Shown: positions 8,117-16,538 of the stretch, one piece after another
Numbering within the stretch: position 1 is the first letter of the stretch
How the letters are laid out: every line of letters starts with the position of its first letter
Notes under the pieces: generated by a model
Database searches by the model: none
What the model saw: the letters and a program-made list of their open reading frames with translations, nothing else
What the model was told of the DNA's origin: nothing
Program-made: the position numbers and the translations under genes
Source of the DNA: Acidimicrobiales bacterium
GTDB lineage: Bacteria > Actinomycetota > Acidimicrobiia > Acidimicrobiales > RAAP-2
Direction of reading: 5' to 3'
Assembly: GCA_036844945.1 (NCBI GenBank)
Contig: DAIUEV010000015.1
Span: 66-64,065 of the forward strand
DNA: 64,000 nt

Positions 8117-9079
8117 GTGACGGTGCGCTCGCGGGCCGACCGGCAACGGCAGCTGCCCGCGGCCCCGCTCCTCGCCGGGAGGGTCAGCCCGGTCGTCCCC
8201 ACCCTGCTCGGCGCCGCGTGCATCTCGTCGTCGGCGATCGTCTCCCGCCTGGCCGACACCAGCCCGGGCACGACGTCCTTCTACCGATGCCTCCTCGCCC
8301 TGCCGGTGCTCGTTCCCTTGGCGGCCGTCGAGGCGCGGCACCGGGGGACCCGGCCCTGGCGGGTCCGCGGCCAGTCGTTCCTGGCCGGCGCGTTCCTCGG
8401 GGTCGACCTCGTGCTGTGGACGCACGCCATCTACGACGTCGGGGCCGGGATCGCGACGGTGCTCGCCAATCTCCAGGTGCTGTTCGTCACCGCCATCGCA
8501 TGGGTGCTGCTTCGGGAGCGACCCCACGCCCGGTTCCTGCTGGCGCTGCCCGTCGTGGTGGCCGGGGTCATCCTGCTCGCCGGCGTCGAGGGCCATGCCG
8601 CGGCCGGCTTCCACCCGGTCTCCGGGGTCCTCTACGGGGTCAGCGCCTCGGTCGCCTATTCGGTGTTCATCCTGGTGTTCCGGCGGAGCACCGAGCGGGG
8701 GCCCCAGGTGGCCGGCCCCCTCGCCGACGCCACCGCCGGCGCCGGCCTGGCCGCCCTCGTGTTCGGCCTGGCCGTCGGCCAGATGCACTTCTCGCTGTCC
8801 TTAGGCGCGTTCGGGTGGCTCGTGGTCCTCGCGCTCACCAGCCAGACCCTCGGCTGGCTGCTGATCACCTCGTCGCTGCCCAGGCTGCCCGCCGCGCTGG
8901 CGTCGCTCCTCCTGCTGTTCCAACCGGCGGCGTCGATGGTGCTGGCGGCCGTGGTCCTGTCCCAGCGGCCGCGCGCGCTGCAGGTGCTCGGGGCGGTCCT
9001 CGTCTGCGGCGGCGTACTCGTCGCGGCCCGGTCGAGGTCCGACCCCGAACTGGCGGGGACCGGGCCGACGCCGGGCTAG
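8117..9079 (+). CDS. DMT superfamily (EamA-like) transporter
   Basis: About 10 predicted hydrophobic helices and a duplicated EamA-like architecture. Start codon uncertain. Confidence 0.75.
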   Translation: MTVRSRADRQRQLPAAPLLAGRVSPVVPTLLGAACISSSAIVSRLADTSPGTTSFYRCLLALPVLVPLAAVEARHRGTRPWRVRGQSFLAGAFLGVDLVLWTHAIYDVGAGIATVLANLQVLFVTAIAWVLLRERPHARFLLALPVVVAGVILLAGVEGHAAAGFHPVSGVLYGVSASVAYSVFILVFRRSTERGPQVAGPLADATAGAGLAALVFGLAVGQMHFSLSLGAFGWLVVLALTSQTLGWLLITSSLPRLPAALASLLLLFQPAASMVLAAVVLSQRPRALQVLGAVLVCGGVLVAARSRSDPELAGTGPTPG

Positions 9080-9135
9080 GACGGCCCGCGCGACGCTGTG
9101 TCCCCGGCCGCCCGCCGGGCGAGCAGGAGGTGCCG

Positions 9136-10563
9136 ATGCCCGAGCCAGTGACCACGACCGACCGGGGGGCGGTGCGCGGGTACACCACCGAGCACGGCGT
9201 CGCCTTCCGGGGGATCCCCTATGCGAAGGCACCGTTCGGGCCGAGGCGCTTCGGCGCCCCCGAGGTGCCCGATCGCTGGGAGGGGGAGCGGCCGGCGACC
9301 GAGTCGGCCCCGACCGCGCCGCAGCCCGAGTCCGGCTTCACCCTCATCCCGGAGCCCACGATCGACGGCGGCGACGCCCCGGAGTGCCTGTCGCTGAACG
9401 TGTTCACGCCGGACCTCGGCGCCGCCGGGCTCCCGGTCCTCGTGTGGATCCACGGCGGCGGCTTCACGACGGGCACCCCGTCGAGCACCTGGTACGACGG
9501 GGACCGCTTCGCCCGCGACGGGGTCGTGGTGGTGAGCGTCGGCTACCGCCTCGGGGCGGAGGGCTTCCTCCACATCCCCGGCGCGCCGCCCAACCGCGCG
9601 GTGCTCGACTGGATCGCCGCGCTCGAGTGGGTGCAGCGCAACGTCGTCGCTTTCGGCGGCAACCCCGCCCGGGTCACGGTGGGCGGGCAGAGCGCCGGCG
9701 GCGCGGCGTCCCTGCTGCTCGCCACGTTGCCGCGGGCGAAGGGGATGTTCCGGGCCGCCCTCCCCATGAGCGGCTCGGTGTTCCCGGCGCCCTCCGAGGA
9801 CGCCGCGCTCGAGCTGACCCGCCGGGTGGCCGGCCATCTCGGTGTGACCCCGGACCGCGCCGGGCTGTCGGCCGTCGACCCGGTGGCGCTGGTGGCCGCC
9901 CAGACCGCCGCCACGGCGGGGGAGGGCGAGTCGGCCGTCCGAGCGGGACGCGGGCTCCCGTTCTCCCCCTTCGTCGACGGCGAACTCGTGCCGGTCCGGC
10001 CGATGCGGGCGGTGGCGGCCGGAGCGACCGACGGGCTCGAGGTGCTGATCGGGACGACGGCTGAGGAGTTCAACGCGATGGCCCGGATGGCCCCGATGGA
10101 CGACGATGCGGCCGACTCGGCGCTGCGGGGCATGGGACTCGACGACGCCGGGGTCGCCACCTACCGGGCCGGGGCTGCGTCACCGGGCGACGCGATGGGC
10201 CAGGCCGTCACCGACCGCACGTTCAGGGTCCCGGCCCTGCGGGTCGCCGAGGCGCGCCGGGCTCCCACCTACCACTACGAGTTCGCGTGGCGCTCGCCGG
10301 GGCTCGGCGGCATCGGCGCGGTGCACTGCCTCGACCTCCCCTTCGTGTTCGACGTGCTGCACGACGAGCACGTGGCGGTGGTCGCCGGCGAGGATCCGCC
10401 CCAGGACCTCGCCGATGAGATGCACGCCGCGTGGGTGGCGTTCGTGGCCGAAGGGTCACCCGGCTGGGAGCCGTTCGGCGAGGGCCGCGAGACCATGGTG
10501 TTCGACTCGACCTCGAAGCTGATGACGGACCGGCTCGGCCCGGTCCGGTCGCTCTGGCCATAG
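9136..10563 (+). CDS. Carboxylesterase/lipase family protein (type B, para-nitrobenzyl esterase-like)
   Basis: FRGIPYAKAPFG, VWIHGGGF and the nucleophile elbow GQSAGG. Start at ATG 9136. The upstream part of ORF 8218..10563 is a shadow of the EamA gene. Confidence 0.85.
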   Translation: MPEPVTTTDRGAVRGYTTEHGVAFRGIPYAKAPFGPRRFGAPEVPDRWEGERPATESAPTAPQPESGFTLIPEPTIDGGDAPECLSLNVFTPDLGAAGLPVLVWIHGGGFTTGTPSSTWYDGDRFARDGVVVVSVGYRLGAEGFLHIPGAPPNRAVLDWIAALEWVQRNVVAFGGNPARVTVGGQSAGGAASLLLATLPRAKGMFRAALPMSGSVFPAPSEDAALELTRRVAGHLGVTPDRAGLSAVDPVALVAAQTAATAGEGESAVRAGRGLPFSPFVDGELVPVRPMRAVAAGATDGLEVLIGTTAEEFNAMARMAPMDDDAADSALRGMGLDDAGVATYRAGAASPGDAMGQAVTDRTFRVPALRVAEARRAPTYHYEFAWRSPGLGGIGAVHCLDLPFVFDVLHDEHVAVVAGEDPPQDLADEMHAAWVAFVAEGSPGWEPFGEGRETMVFDSTSKLMTDRLGPVRSLWP

Positions 10564-10574
10564 GGCTCGGCGGA

Positions 10575-10593
10575 GCGGGGGGCGAACCCCCGC
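10575..10593 (+). terminator. GC-rich hairpin just after the esterase stop (candidate terminator, no U-tract)
   Basis: GCGGGGG (10575-10581), loop GCGAA, CCCCCGC (10587-10593). It lies 12 nt after the stop at 10563. Confidence 0.4.
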
Positions 10594-10699
10594 CCAATCC
10601 CCGCAATGGAACTGTCACCAGGAAGATTCTGCGCAACACCTGTAGCATCGGCCCGGCTATCCCAGACCTTGGGCCCTGACATCCACAGGCGGCACGGCC

Positions 10700-11227
10700 A
10701 TGAACCTGGTCGATCTCGACTCGGCGACCCGGGCCCACATGCGCACCGAGGTGGAACGGGATATCTCCTCGGGGAGGCTGTACCTCAGCGATCGTCTCAA
10801 CAGCGCCGGCCTGCGCGAGTATCCCGGTTTGCTCCTGGAGGCGATTGACACGGGGACTCCGTCGACCCTTGCGACGGTCATCCGATCGCGCGGTCTTTTG
10901 AACCGAGCCGAGACCGCCCTCAAGGGCCGCCCCCCCGACGTGGTGCCTCCGGAGGCGGCAGTCGCCATCGCCGAGGGCGAGTTCAATCGGTTCTACATGC
11001 GTGGGGTGTGTGCCCGGGCGATCGCTGCCGGTGTGCAGACCGTGGAGGTGTATCAGGCCCGGACCACCACGGACCCGCTGCCCGAGTCGACGGCGTTGGT
11101 CGGCCGCCGGCTCGATGCCCGGGGACTGCTCGACGACCTTCGGAACCACGTCCTCGTGGACCGGGCGCTCGGGTTGCCGATCGGGGCCGACTCTGGGCTG
11201 AGCGTCTGGTTCCCGGGGCCCGCCTGA
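10700..11227 (+). CDS. Hypothetical protein (175 aa)
   Basis: ATG-initiated ORF with protein-like composition. I recognise no motif. A relatively AT-rich 136-bp spacer precedes it. Confidence 0.5.
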   Translation: MNLVDLDSATRAHMRTEVERDISSGRLYLSDRLNSAGLREYPGLLLEAIDTGTPSTLATVIRSRGLLNRAETALKGRPPDVVPPEAAVAIAEGEFNRFYMRGVCARAIAAGVQTVEVYQARTTTDPLPESTALVGRRLDARGLLDDLRNHVLVDRALGLPIGADSGLSVWFPGPA

Positions 11228-11252
11228 TTGCGCCTCCACCGGGCGGGCCTGC

Positions 11253-12029
11253 TCAGGCCTCCCGGGTCGGCGGCCCGGCCGAGGTGTGCCTCGTCCCCTC
11301 GGGGTCGACCGCCCATGTCGGCGCCCTCTCCCACTCCTCCTCGTAGACGAGCTCTCCCATCGGGCGGCGGCGGACCGGCCCGTGTGCGCCCACCGGCCGG
11401 CCGAGCGTGATGGTGGCGGCGATGAAGACGTGGTCGGGGAGGCCGAAGAGCTCGCGCAGCTCGGGTTCGGCGCCGAAGTGGAAGCCGGTCATGACCCCGC
11501 CGTACCCGAGCGCGCGCGCCGCCAGGAGCAGGTTCTGGCACGCCGGGTAGACCGAGGCGCCCTCGAGCGGGTGCGGGGCCCGGTAGCGCACCAGGCAGGG
11601 CAGGATCAGAACCGGCACCCGCTCGAAGTGGTCGACGTACTCCTGCATGGTCCGCGCCGTGCGCGCCTTCGGCGAGTCGGCGACCGCCCCGGTGCCCGAG
11701 TCGTAGGAGTCCACCTCCCGCTTGGCGCCCCAGATGCGGCGGGCCGATGCCGCGATCAGCGCCTTCGCCCGCACGGCCTTCGGGCCGTCGGTGAGCACGA
11801 GCAGCCGGAAGGGCTGCCGGTTGGAGCCGCTCGGAGCCCGGGTGGCCGCGAAGAGGATCGCCCGGAGCGCGTTCGTGGGCACCGGCTCGTCGCGGTAGCG
11901 GCGGATGGCGCGGGTGGAGGCGATCCCCTCGAGCAGCCCGACCGTGTCGGCCGGCAGCGCGTCGTCCAAGGCCTCGGTCACGGGCCCGTCTCTCCCTCCC
12001 GGTCGGTCGGGACCGACCCTCTCGGTCAC
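11253..12029 (-). CDS. Nitroreductase family protein
   Basis: STRAIRRYRDEPVP...APSGSNRQPFRLLVL is the nitroreductase-fold signature. Its GTG start overlaps the TGA of the upstream ABC ATPase (GTGA at 12026-12029). Confidence 0.8.
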   Translation of the reverse strand: MTERVGPDRPGGRDGPVTEALDDALPADTVGLLEGIASTRAIRRYRDEPVPTNALRAILFAATRAPSGSNRQPFRLLVLTDGPKAVRAKALIAASARRIWGAKREVDSYDSGTGAVADSPKARTARTMQEYVDHFERVPVLILPCLVRYRAPHPLEGASVYPACQNLLLAARALGYGGVMTGFHFGAEPELRELFGLPDHVFIAATITLGRPVGAHGPVRRRPMGELVYEEEWERAPTWAVDPEGTRHTSAGPPTREA

Positions 12030-13156
12030 TCCAGCCCCTCGGGCGCGCTCGGCTCGCCGCCGACGGATCGCCGCATCGCCGCGTGGAGCGCGTTGGGGGT
12101 GAGTATCCCGACATAGCGGTCACCGTCGACGACCGGCACCCACCGCACGTCGTGCTGCAGCATCTCCCCGAGCGCGGCGCGCAGCGACGTCCCGAGCGGC
12201 ACCTGCACCCCGAACTCGACCACGTGGTCGGCGACCGCGCCACCGCGGCCGGGGTCGAGGTCGATCCAGCCGAGGAGGTGGTCGGCCGCGTCCACCACGA
12301 GCGCCCAGCGGCTGTCGGCCCCGGCCGCGAGCGCCCTCGCGTCGAGCATGGAGACGTCGGGGGGGACGGCCGGCGGGTGGAAGAGGTCCTCGGTGGCGAT
12401 CGCGGTGACCCCGAGGCGGCGCACCCCCCGGTCGGACCCGACGAAGTCGGCCACGAAGGGGGTCGCCGGACGGCCCAACACCTCGGAGGGGGTGTCGTGC
12501 TGCTCCAGCACGCCCCCCTTCGACAGGACCACGATGCGGTCGCCGAGGCGGGCCGCCTCCTCGATGTCGTGGGTGACGAACACGATCGTCTTCTCCAGCT
12601 CCTGCTGCAGGTCGAGCAGCTGCTGCTGGAGCCGTCCCCGGGTCACCGGGTCGACCGCGCCAAAGGGCTCGTCCATGAGGAGTACGGGCGGGTCGCCACC
12701 GAGCGCCCGGGCCACGCCGACCCGCTGGCGCTCGCCACCGGAGAGCTCGTGCGGGTACCGGCGCCCGTAGCGGTCGGGGTCGAGGCCCACCAGCTCGAGC
12801 AGCTCGTTGACCCGCCGGTCGATCCTCGAGCGGTCCCAGCCGAGCAGGCGGGGGACCGTGGCCACGTTGTCGGCGATGCGGCGGTGGGGGAAGAGACCGC
12901 CGTGCTGGATCACGTACCCGATGCCCCGGCGCAGCGTCACCGGGTCCATCTGCAACACGTCGGTGCCGTCGATGAGGATCCGGCCGCCGCTCGGCTCGAT
13001 GAGCCGGTTGATCATCCGCAGGGTGGTGGTCTTGCCGCAGCCCGACGGCCCGACCAGCACGCATAGCTCGCCGTCGCCGACGCTGAAGCTGAGCTCGGCC
13101 ACCGCGACCGAGTCGCGCCCGTAGCGCTTGGTCACCCGCTCGAGCGCGATCACCAC
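12026..13156 (-). CDS. Glycine betaine/proline-type ABC transporter ATP-binding protein with C-terminal CBS pair
   Basis: Walker A GPSGCGKTT, signature LSGGERQR, Walker B LLMDEPF, and a C-terminal tandem CBS-like region. Start placed at GTG 13156 (VVIALERVTKRYG). Confidence 0.85.
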   Translation of the reverse strand: MVIALERVTKRYGRDSVAVAELSFSVGDGELCVLVGPSGCGKTTTLRMINRLIEPSGGRILIDGTDVLQMDPVTLRRGIGYVIQHGGLFPHRRIADNVATVPRLLGWDRSRIDRRVNELLELVGLDPDRYGRRYPHELSGGERQRVGVARALGGDPPVLLMDEPFGAVDPVTRGRLQQQLLDLQQELEKTIVFVTHDIEEAARLGDRIVVLSKGGVLEQHDTPSEVLGRPATPFVADFVGSDRGVRRLGVTAIATEDLFHPPAVPPDVSMLDARALAAGADSRWALVVDAADHLLGWIDLDPGRGGAVADHVVEFGVQVPLGTSLRAALGEMLQHDVRWVPVVDGDRYVGILTPNALHAAMRRSVGGEPSAPEGLE

Positions 13157-13235
13157 CGCCGACGTTACCCAGGCGTCGGTGTCCACCGGCTCCGTACCCC
13201 GGGCCCGCGTCACCGCCCCCGGTAACGTCGGGCTC

Positions 13236-13925
13236 GTGCTCCTGGCGGGCAACCCGTTCTTCCGGTGGAGCTACGTCACCGGCCAGTGGGGCCAGATCCA
13301 GGCCGACCTGGTGCAGCACATCGAGCTGAGCCTTATCGCGGTGGCGATCGGCGCGGCGATCTCGGTGCCTGTCGGGGTACTGGCCTGGCGATACCGGCTC
13401 ATCCGGGCGCCCGCGTTCGGGGTGGCCAGCGCGCTCTACATCATCCCGTCGTTGGCGTTGTTCGCGATCCTGGGCGGCATCACCGGCTACGTCCCGCCCC
13501 GCTCGTGGGTGACCGCCGAGGTCGCGCTGGTCGGCTACACGCTTCTGATCCTGATCTGGAACACCGTGGCCGGGCTGAACGCGGTGCCGGCCGACGCGCG
13601 GGAGGCGGCGACCGCCCTCGGCTACTCGCGCCGGGCCGAGCTGCTCCGGGTCGACCTTCCCCTCGCCCTCCCGTACATCTTCGCCGGGCTGCGGGTGGCC
13701 ATGTCGACGGTGATCGGGCTGGTCACGGTCACCGCGCTGATCGGGCTCGGTGGGCTCGGCCAGCAGATCACCTACGGCTTCAACATCGCCTACAACACGC
13801 CGATCATCGTGGGGCTCGTGCTCTCGATCGCCCTCGCGGCGGTCGCCGACCTCCTCCTCGTCGGCGCGGAGCGCCTCGTCGTCCCGTGGTCGCGCGGGAT
13901 CCGGCGGGCCCGGAGCGAGGGCTGA
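13236..13925 (+). CDS. ABC transporter permease (OpuC/OpuB-type)
   Basis: Multi-helix BPD-transport-type permease. Start placed at GTG 13236 (VLLAGNPFF...), but earlier in-frame starts down to 13128 are possible. Confidence 0.8.
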   Translation: MLLAGNPFFRWSYVTGQWGQIQADLVQHIELSLIAVAIGAAISVPVGVLAWRYRLIRAPAFGVASALYIIPSLALFAILGGITGYVPPRSWVTAEVALVGYTLLILIWNTVAGLNAVPADAREAATALGYSRRAELLRVDLPLALPYIFAGLRVAMSTVIGLVTVTALIGLGGLGQQITYGFNIAYNTPIIVGLVLSIALAAVADLLLVGAERLVVPWSRGIRRARSEG

Positions 13926-13928
13926 GCC

Positions 13929-14645
13929 GTGTCCTTCCTCGACCGGCTGTTCCACTGGTTCACGACCTCGGCCTACTGGAGCGGGACGGGCGGGATCCCC
14001 GTGCTGTTCGGCCGATCGCTCGAGCTGAGCGCGGCGGTGGTGGTCACCGCGCTCGTGCTCGGAGGGGGCCTCGGACTGGTGCTCGGCCACACCGGCCGGG
14101 GGGCGCTGGTGGCCGTCAACGCGGCCAACGCCTTCCGGGCCGTGCCGACCCTCGCCCTCCTCACCCTGCTCGCCATCCAGCCGTCGATCTCGCTGCGCTG
14201 GGACGGCTTCCTCGCGTCGTGGATCGCGCTGACCGTGCTCGCGATCCCGCCCATCCTCACCAACACCTACGTCGGTATGCGGGAGGTGGACGCCGATGTG
14301 CGCGACGCCGCGCGGGCCATGGGGCTGCGGGGCGCCAGCATCCTGTCGAGGGTGGAGGCACCGCTGGCCGTCCCCTTCGTGATGGCCGGCGTCCGGACGG
14401 CCGCGATCGAGGTCGTGGCGACCTCGACCCTGGCCGCCTACGTCGGGTACTCGGACCTCGGCACCTACGTGCTCGCCGGGCTCAACACCCAGAACACCGT
14501 CGAGTCGGTGGCCGGGGCGCTCCTCGTGGCGGCCATGGCCGCCCTCGTGGCCGGCGTCCTCGGAACGGCCGGGCGGCTGCTCACCCCGCCCCCGCTCCGG
14601 CGGGAGCGGACGCTCTCGCTGGCCGGTCGTCCGGCCGGGTGGTGA
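13929..14645 (+). CDS. ABC transporter permease (OpuC/OpuB-type), second subunit
   Basis: Paralogous permease fold. GTG start lies 3 nt after the previous stop. Confidence 0.85.
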   Translation: MSFLDRLFHWFTTSAYWSGTGGIPVLFGRSLELSAAVVVTALVLGGGLGLVLGHTGRGALVAVNAANAFRAVPTLALLTLLAIQPSISLRWDGFLASWIALTVLAIPPILTNTYVGMREVDADVRDAARAMGLRGASILSRVEAPLAVPFVMAGVRTAAIEVVATSTLAAYVGYSDLGTYVLAGLNTQNTVESVAGALLVAAMAALVAGVLGTAGRLLTPPPLRRERTLSLAGRPAGW

Positions 14646-14682
14646 AGGCACGCCGAGGCCAAAATCTGATCAAATACCTCGG

Positions 14683-14721
14683 GATTCCGTCGAAGTTTCG
14701 AAAGGCACCGGTCGCGGAATC
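14683..14721 (+). promoter_or_regulatory. Nested hairpin in the permease-to-binding-protein spacer
   Basis: GATTCCG (14683-14689) pairs with CGGAATC (14715-14721). The loop holds the inner palindrome TCGAA-GT-TTCGA. It sits in a 131-bp, comparatively AT-rich spacer. Confidence 0.3.
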
Positions 14722-14776
14722 GTCATAGTGCGCTAGACCCCTCTCCCAACTGGTCCCTTCAGGAAAGGCGAACCCG

Positions 14777-15685
14777 ATGTCCCGTGTCCGTGTCCTCCTC
14801 GCCGGCGCCGCGTTGCTCGCGGCAGCCGCCGGCGCGCTGGCCGCCGCCCCGGCGGCGTCCGCGGCGAGCTCCAAGCCGAGCATCGTGATCGGTTCCACCA
14901 ACTTCGAAGAGCAGGCGATCGTCTCCAACATCTGGGCGGACGTCCTCCGCAAGGCGGGCTTCACCGTCACGGTCGAGCCGGCCCTGGGCACCCGGGCGAT
15001 CGTCGTACCCGCCATCGAGAAGGGGCAGATCAACCTCGAGCCGGACTACGCCGCCTCTCTGCTCGGCTTCCTCCACGGCGGCAACCCGCAGAAGGCCGGC
15101 GACAACATCACGACGGCCATCCCGGCCGACCAGCGGGCGCTCGCCCCCTTCGGGGTGACGGTGCTGCCGGCCTCGAAGGCGCTCGACACCAACGTGTTCG
15201 CGGTCACCAAGGCCACGGCGAGCAAGTACCACCTGACCACGCTGTCCAGCCTGAAGCCCTACGCTTCCAAGCTGACCCTCGGCGGGCCGCCCGAGTGCCC
15301 GACCTTCGCCGGCTGCGAGCCGGGACTCGAGAAGGTCTACGGGCTGCACTTCGCCGGCTTCAAGTCCCTCGACGAGGCCGGCCCGCTGAGCGTGGCCGCG
15401 CTGAAGGGCGGGGAGGTGCAGGTGGTGGAGCTGTTCTCGAGCGACGGCAACGTCGTGTCGAACAACTTCGTGGCCTTGACCGACAACAAGCACCTCGAGG
15501 GGGCCGACTACATCGTCCCGGTGATCCGCAAGTCCGTCGACACCGCCCAGGTGGCGAGGCTCCTCAACGCCATCGACGCCAAGCTGACCACCAACGCCAT
15601 CTCCAAGCTGAACCTCGATGACACCGCCAAGCAGGAACAGCCGCCTGCGGTCGCGCAGGCCTGGCTCAACTCGGTGGGCGGCTGA
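14777..15685 (+). CDS. Glycine betaine/osmoprotectant ABC transporter substrate-binding protein
   Basis: Ala-rich signal peptide followed by an OpuAC-family-like sequence (IVIGSTNFEEQAIVSNIWADVL...). AGGAAAGG RBS precedes the ATG. Confidence 0.85.
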   Translation: MSRVRVLLAGAALLAAAAGALAAAPAASAASSKPSIVIGSTNFEEQAIVSNIWADVLRKAGFTVTVEPALGTRAIVVPAIEKGQINLEPDYAASLLGFLHGGNPQKAGDNITTAIPADQRALAPFGVTVLPASKALDTNVFAVTKATASKYHLTTLSSLKPYASKLTLGGPPECPTFAGCEPGLEKVYGLHFAGFKSLDEAGPLSVAALKGGEVQVVELFSSDGNVVSNNFVALTDNKHLEGADYIVPVIRKSVDTAQVARLLNAIDAKLTTNAISKLNLDDTAKQEQPPAVAQAWLNSVGG

Positions 15686-15769
15686 TCCCGAGACGCTGAC
15701 CCTCCGCCCCGGCCGACGCCGGCCCGGGACGGGGGCCTACAGTCGGCCGACCGGCGGCGAGGGAGGCAC

Positions 15770-16534
15770 GTGGGGCGGCCCACCACAACCGAGACGGCGG
15801 GCGGCGTGGCCACCATCACGCTCGATCTGCCGGAGAAGCGCAACGCGCTCAGCACCGAGATGCTCGACTCGCTGGGCGACGACCTCGCCGCGGCGGCCGA
15901 CGACCCCGCGGTCCGGGTGGTGGTGCTCACCCACACCGGGACGATCTTCTGCGCCGGGGCCGACCTCTCGGTCGCGGCGGCCACCGCCGCCCGCTACGAC
16001 ATCGCCGGGATCCTCCGGCTGGTCCAGGACATCGGCAAGCCGGTGGTCGGACGGATCGCCGGGCAGTGCCTCGGTGGCGGGGTCGGCCTGGCCGCGGCCT
16101 GCGACATCTCGGTCGCGGCCACCGACGCGCGCTTCGCGTTCAGCGAGGTCCGGCTCGGGGTGGCCCCGGCCGTGATCTCGGTGGTCTGCCTGGCCAAGAT
16201 GCGCCGGGCCGAGGCGGCCGAGCTCTTCTTGTCCGGGGAGCGGTTCGACGCGGTCCGGGCGGCCGAGGTCGGGCTGATCACCCGGGCGGTGGGGGCGGCC
16301 GAGCTCGACGCGGCGGTCGACGAGGTGGTGGGCCGGCTGCTGCTCGGGGGCCCGGGCGCCCTGGCGGCGGTCAAGCGCATCCTGGCCACGGTGCCGGCGA
16401 TGGGGCGAGACGAGGCGTTCGCGTGGGCGAGCGAGCTGTCGGCGACGTTGTTCGCCTCGGACGAGGCGACCGCGGGCATCGCGGCGTTCCGGGAGCGACG
16501 GCCCGCGCCGTGGGCGGAGCCGTGGCCCTCCTGA
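15770..16534 (+). CDS. Enoyl-CoA hydratase/isomerase (crotonase); methylglutaconyl-CoA hydratase candidate
   Basis: Crotonase motifs: LDLPEKRNALS, FCAGADL and GQCLGGGVGLAAACD. Confidence 0.85.
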   Translation: MGRPTTTETAGGVATITLDLPEKRNALSTEMLDSLGDDLAAAADDPAVRVVVLTHTGTIFCAGADLSVAAATAARYDIAGILRLVQDIGKPVVGRIAGQCLGGGVGLAAACDISVAATDARFAFSEVRLGVAPAVISVVCLAKMRRAEAAELFLSGERFDAVRAAEVGLITRAVGAAELDAAVDEVVGRLLLGGPGALAAVKRILATVPAMGRDEAFAWASELSATLFASDEATAGIAAFRERRPAPWAEPWPS

Positions 16535-16538
16535 TCGC

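Noticed and set aside
12120-14651. Very long antisense ORFs. Examples: 12120..14651 (843 aa), 6292..8271, 39418..41772, 23819..25888, 31047..33047, 718..1695 and 35840..37630.
   Set aside because: They are Arg/Pro/Gly/Ala-rich, carry no motifs, and lie entirely opposite genes with strong family signatures. These are the typical stop-codon-poor shadow frames of high-GC DNA.
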